From the IMG/VR virus record IMGVR_UViG_3300021255_000108, positions 64,001 through 128,000 of that record: a stretch of DNA of 64,000 bases; one strand, given 5' to 3'. This document shows positions 64,000 to 64,000 of this stretch, in pieces; position 1 is the stretch's first letter; each line of letters opens with the position of its first letter. The notes beneath the pieces are model-generated. The model was not told the DNA's origin and did not search any database. It saw only the letters and a list, made by a program, of their open reading frames with translations. A program made the position numbers and the translations under genes. Source of the DNA: a virus. Lineage: Duplodnaviria > Heunggongvirae > Uroviricota > Caudoviricetes.

Positions 64000-64000
64000 A

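Noticed and set aside
1-64000. Mass pseudogenisation of a decayed prophage as the cause of ORF fragmentation
   Set aside because: Interruptions are all TAG, with no frameshifts or internal TAA/TGA in the stretches read. TAG falls at Gln positions of paralogs, and RBSs and gene overlaps are intact.
1-64000. Suppressor tRNA-CUA, other RNA genes or a CRISPR array
   Set aside because: Intergenic gaps are short and accounted for by RBSs, terminators and promoters. I saw no cloverleaf or repeat-spacer array, so the decoding machinery must lie outside this window.
1-64000. Additional TGA recoding
   Set aside because: TGA marks sensible gene ends (11485, 17362, 29252, 35205, 37823, 60453, 63781), often overlapping the next start or RBS.

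Overview
The window is the tail and host-recognition module of a large, AT-rich (about 30% GC by hand count), probably Firmicutes-infecting tailed phage. All credible genes are on the minus strand. The supplied code-11 ORF track is shattered because this genome appears to use TAG as a glutamine codon (genetic code 15). Nearly every minus-strand fragment ends at a TAG, neighbouring fragments share one reading frame, and reading TAG as Gln merges them into 33 tightly packed genes. These genes end only in TAA or TGA and, where I inspected the starts, have strong Shine-Dalgarno sites or start/stop overlaps. In transcription order (right to left) they are: a partial putative tail-completion gene, a structural protein, the major tail tube, a 487-aa orphan, a putative tail chaperone, a 3709-aa tape measure, a 2407-aa hub/spike, baseplate proteins, and about 35 kb of fibre/adhesin genes. 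That adhesin region includes a 2634-aa CotH-kinase-like/LRR protein, a 28-aa-repeat LRR adhesin, two LamG proteins, a YadA-like fibre and a ~50% GC island. No sheath, suppressor tRNA, release factor, reverse transcriptase or CRISPR array was seen. Gene joins and lengths were read by hand and spot-checked, and functional calls rest on motif recognition, not database searches.
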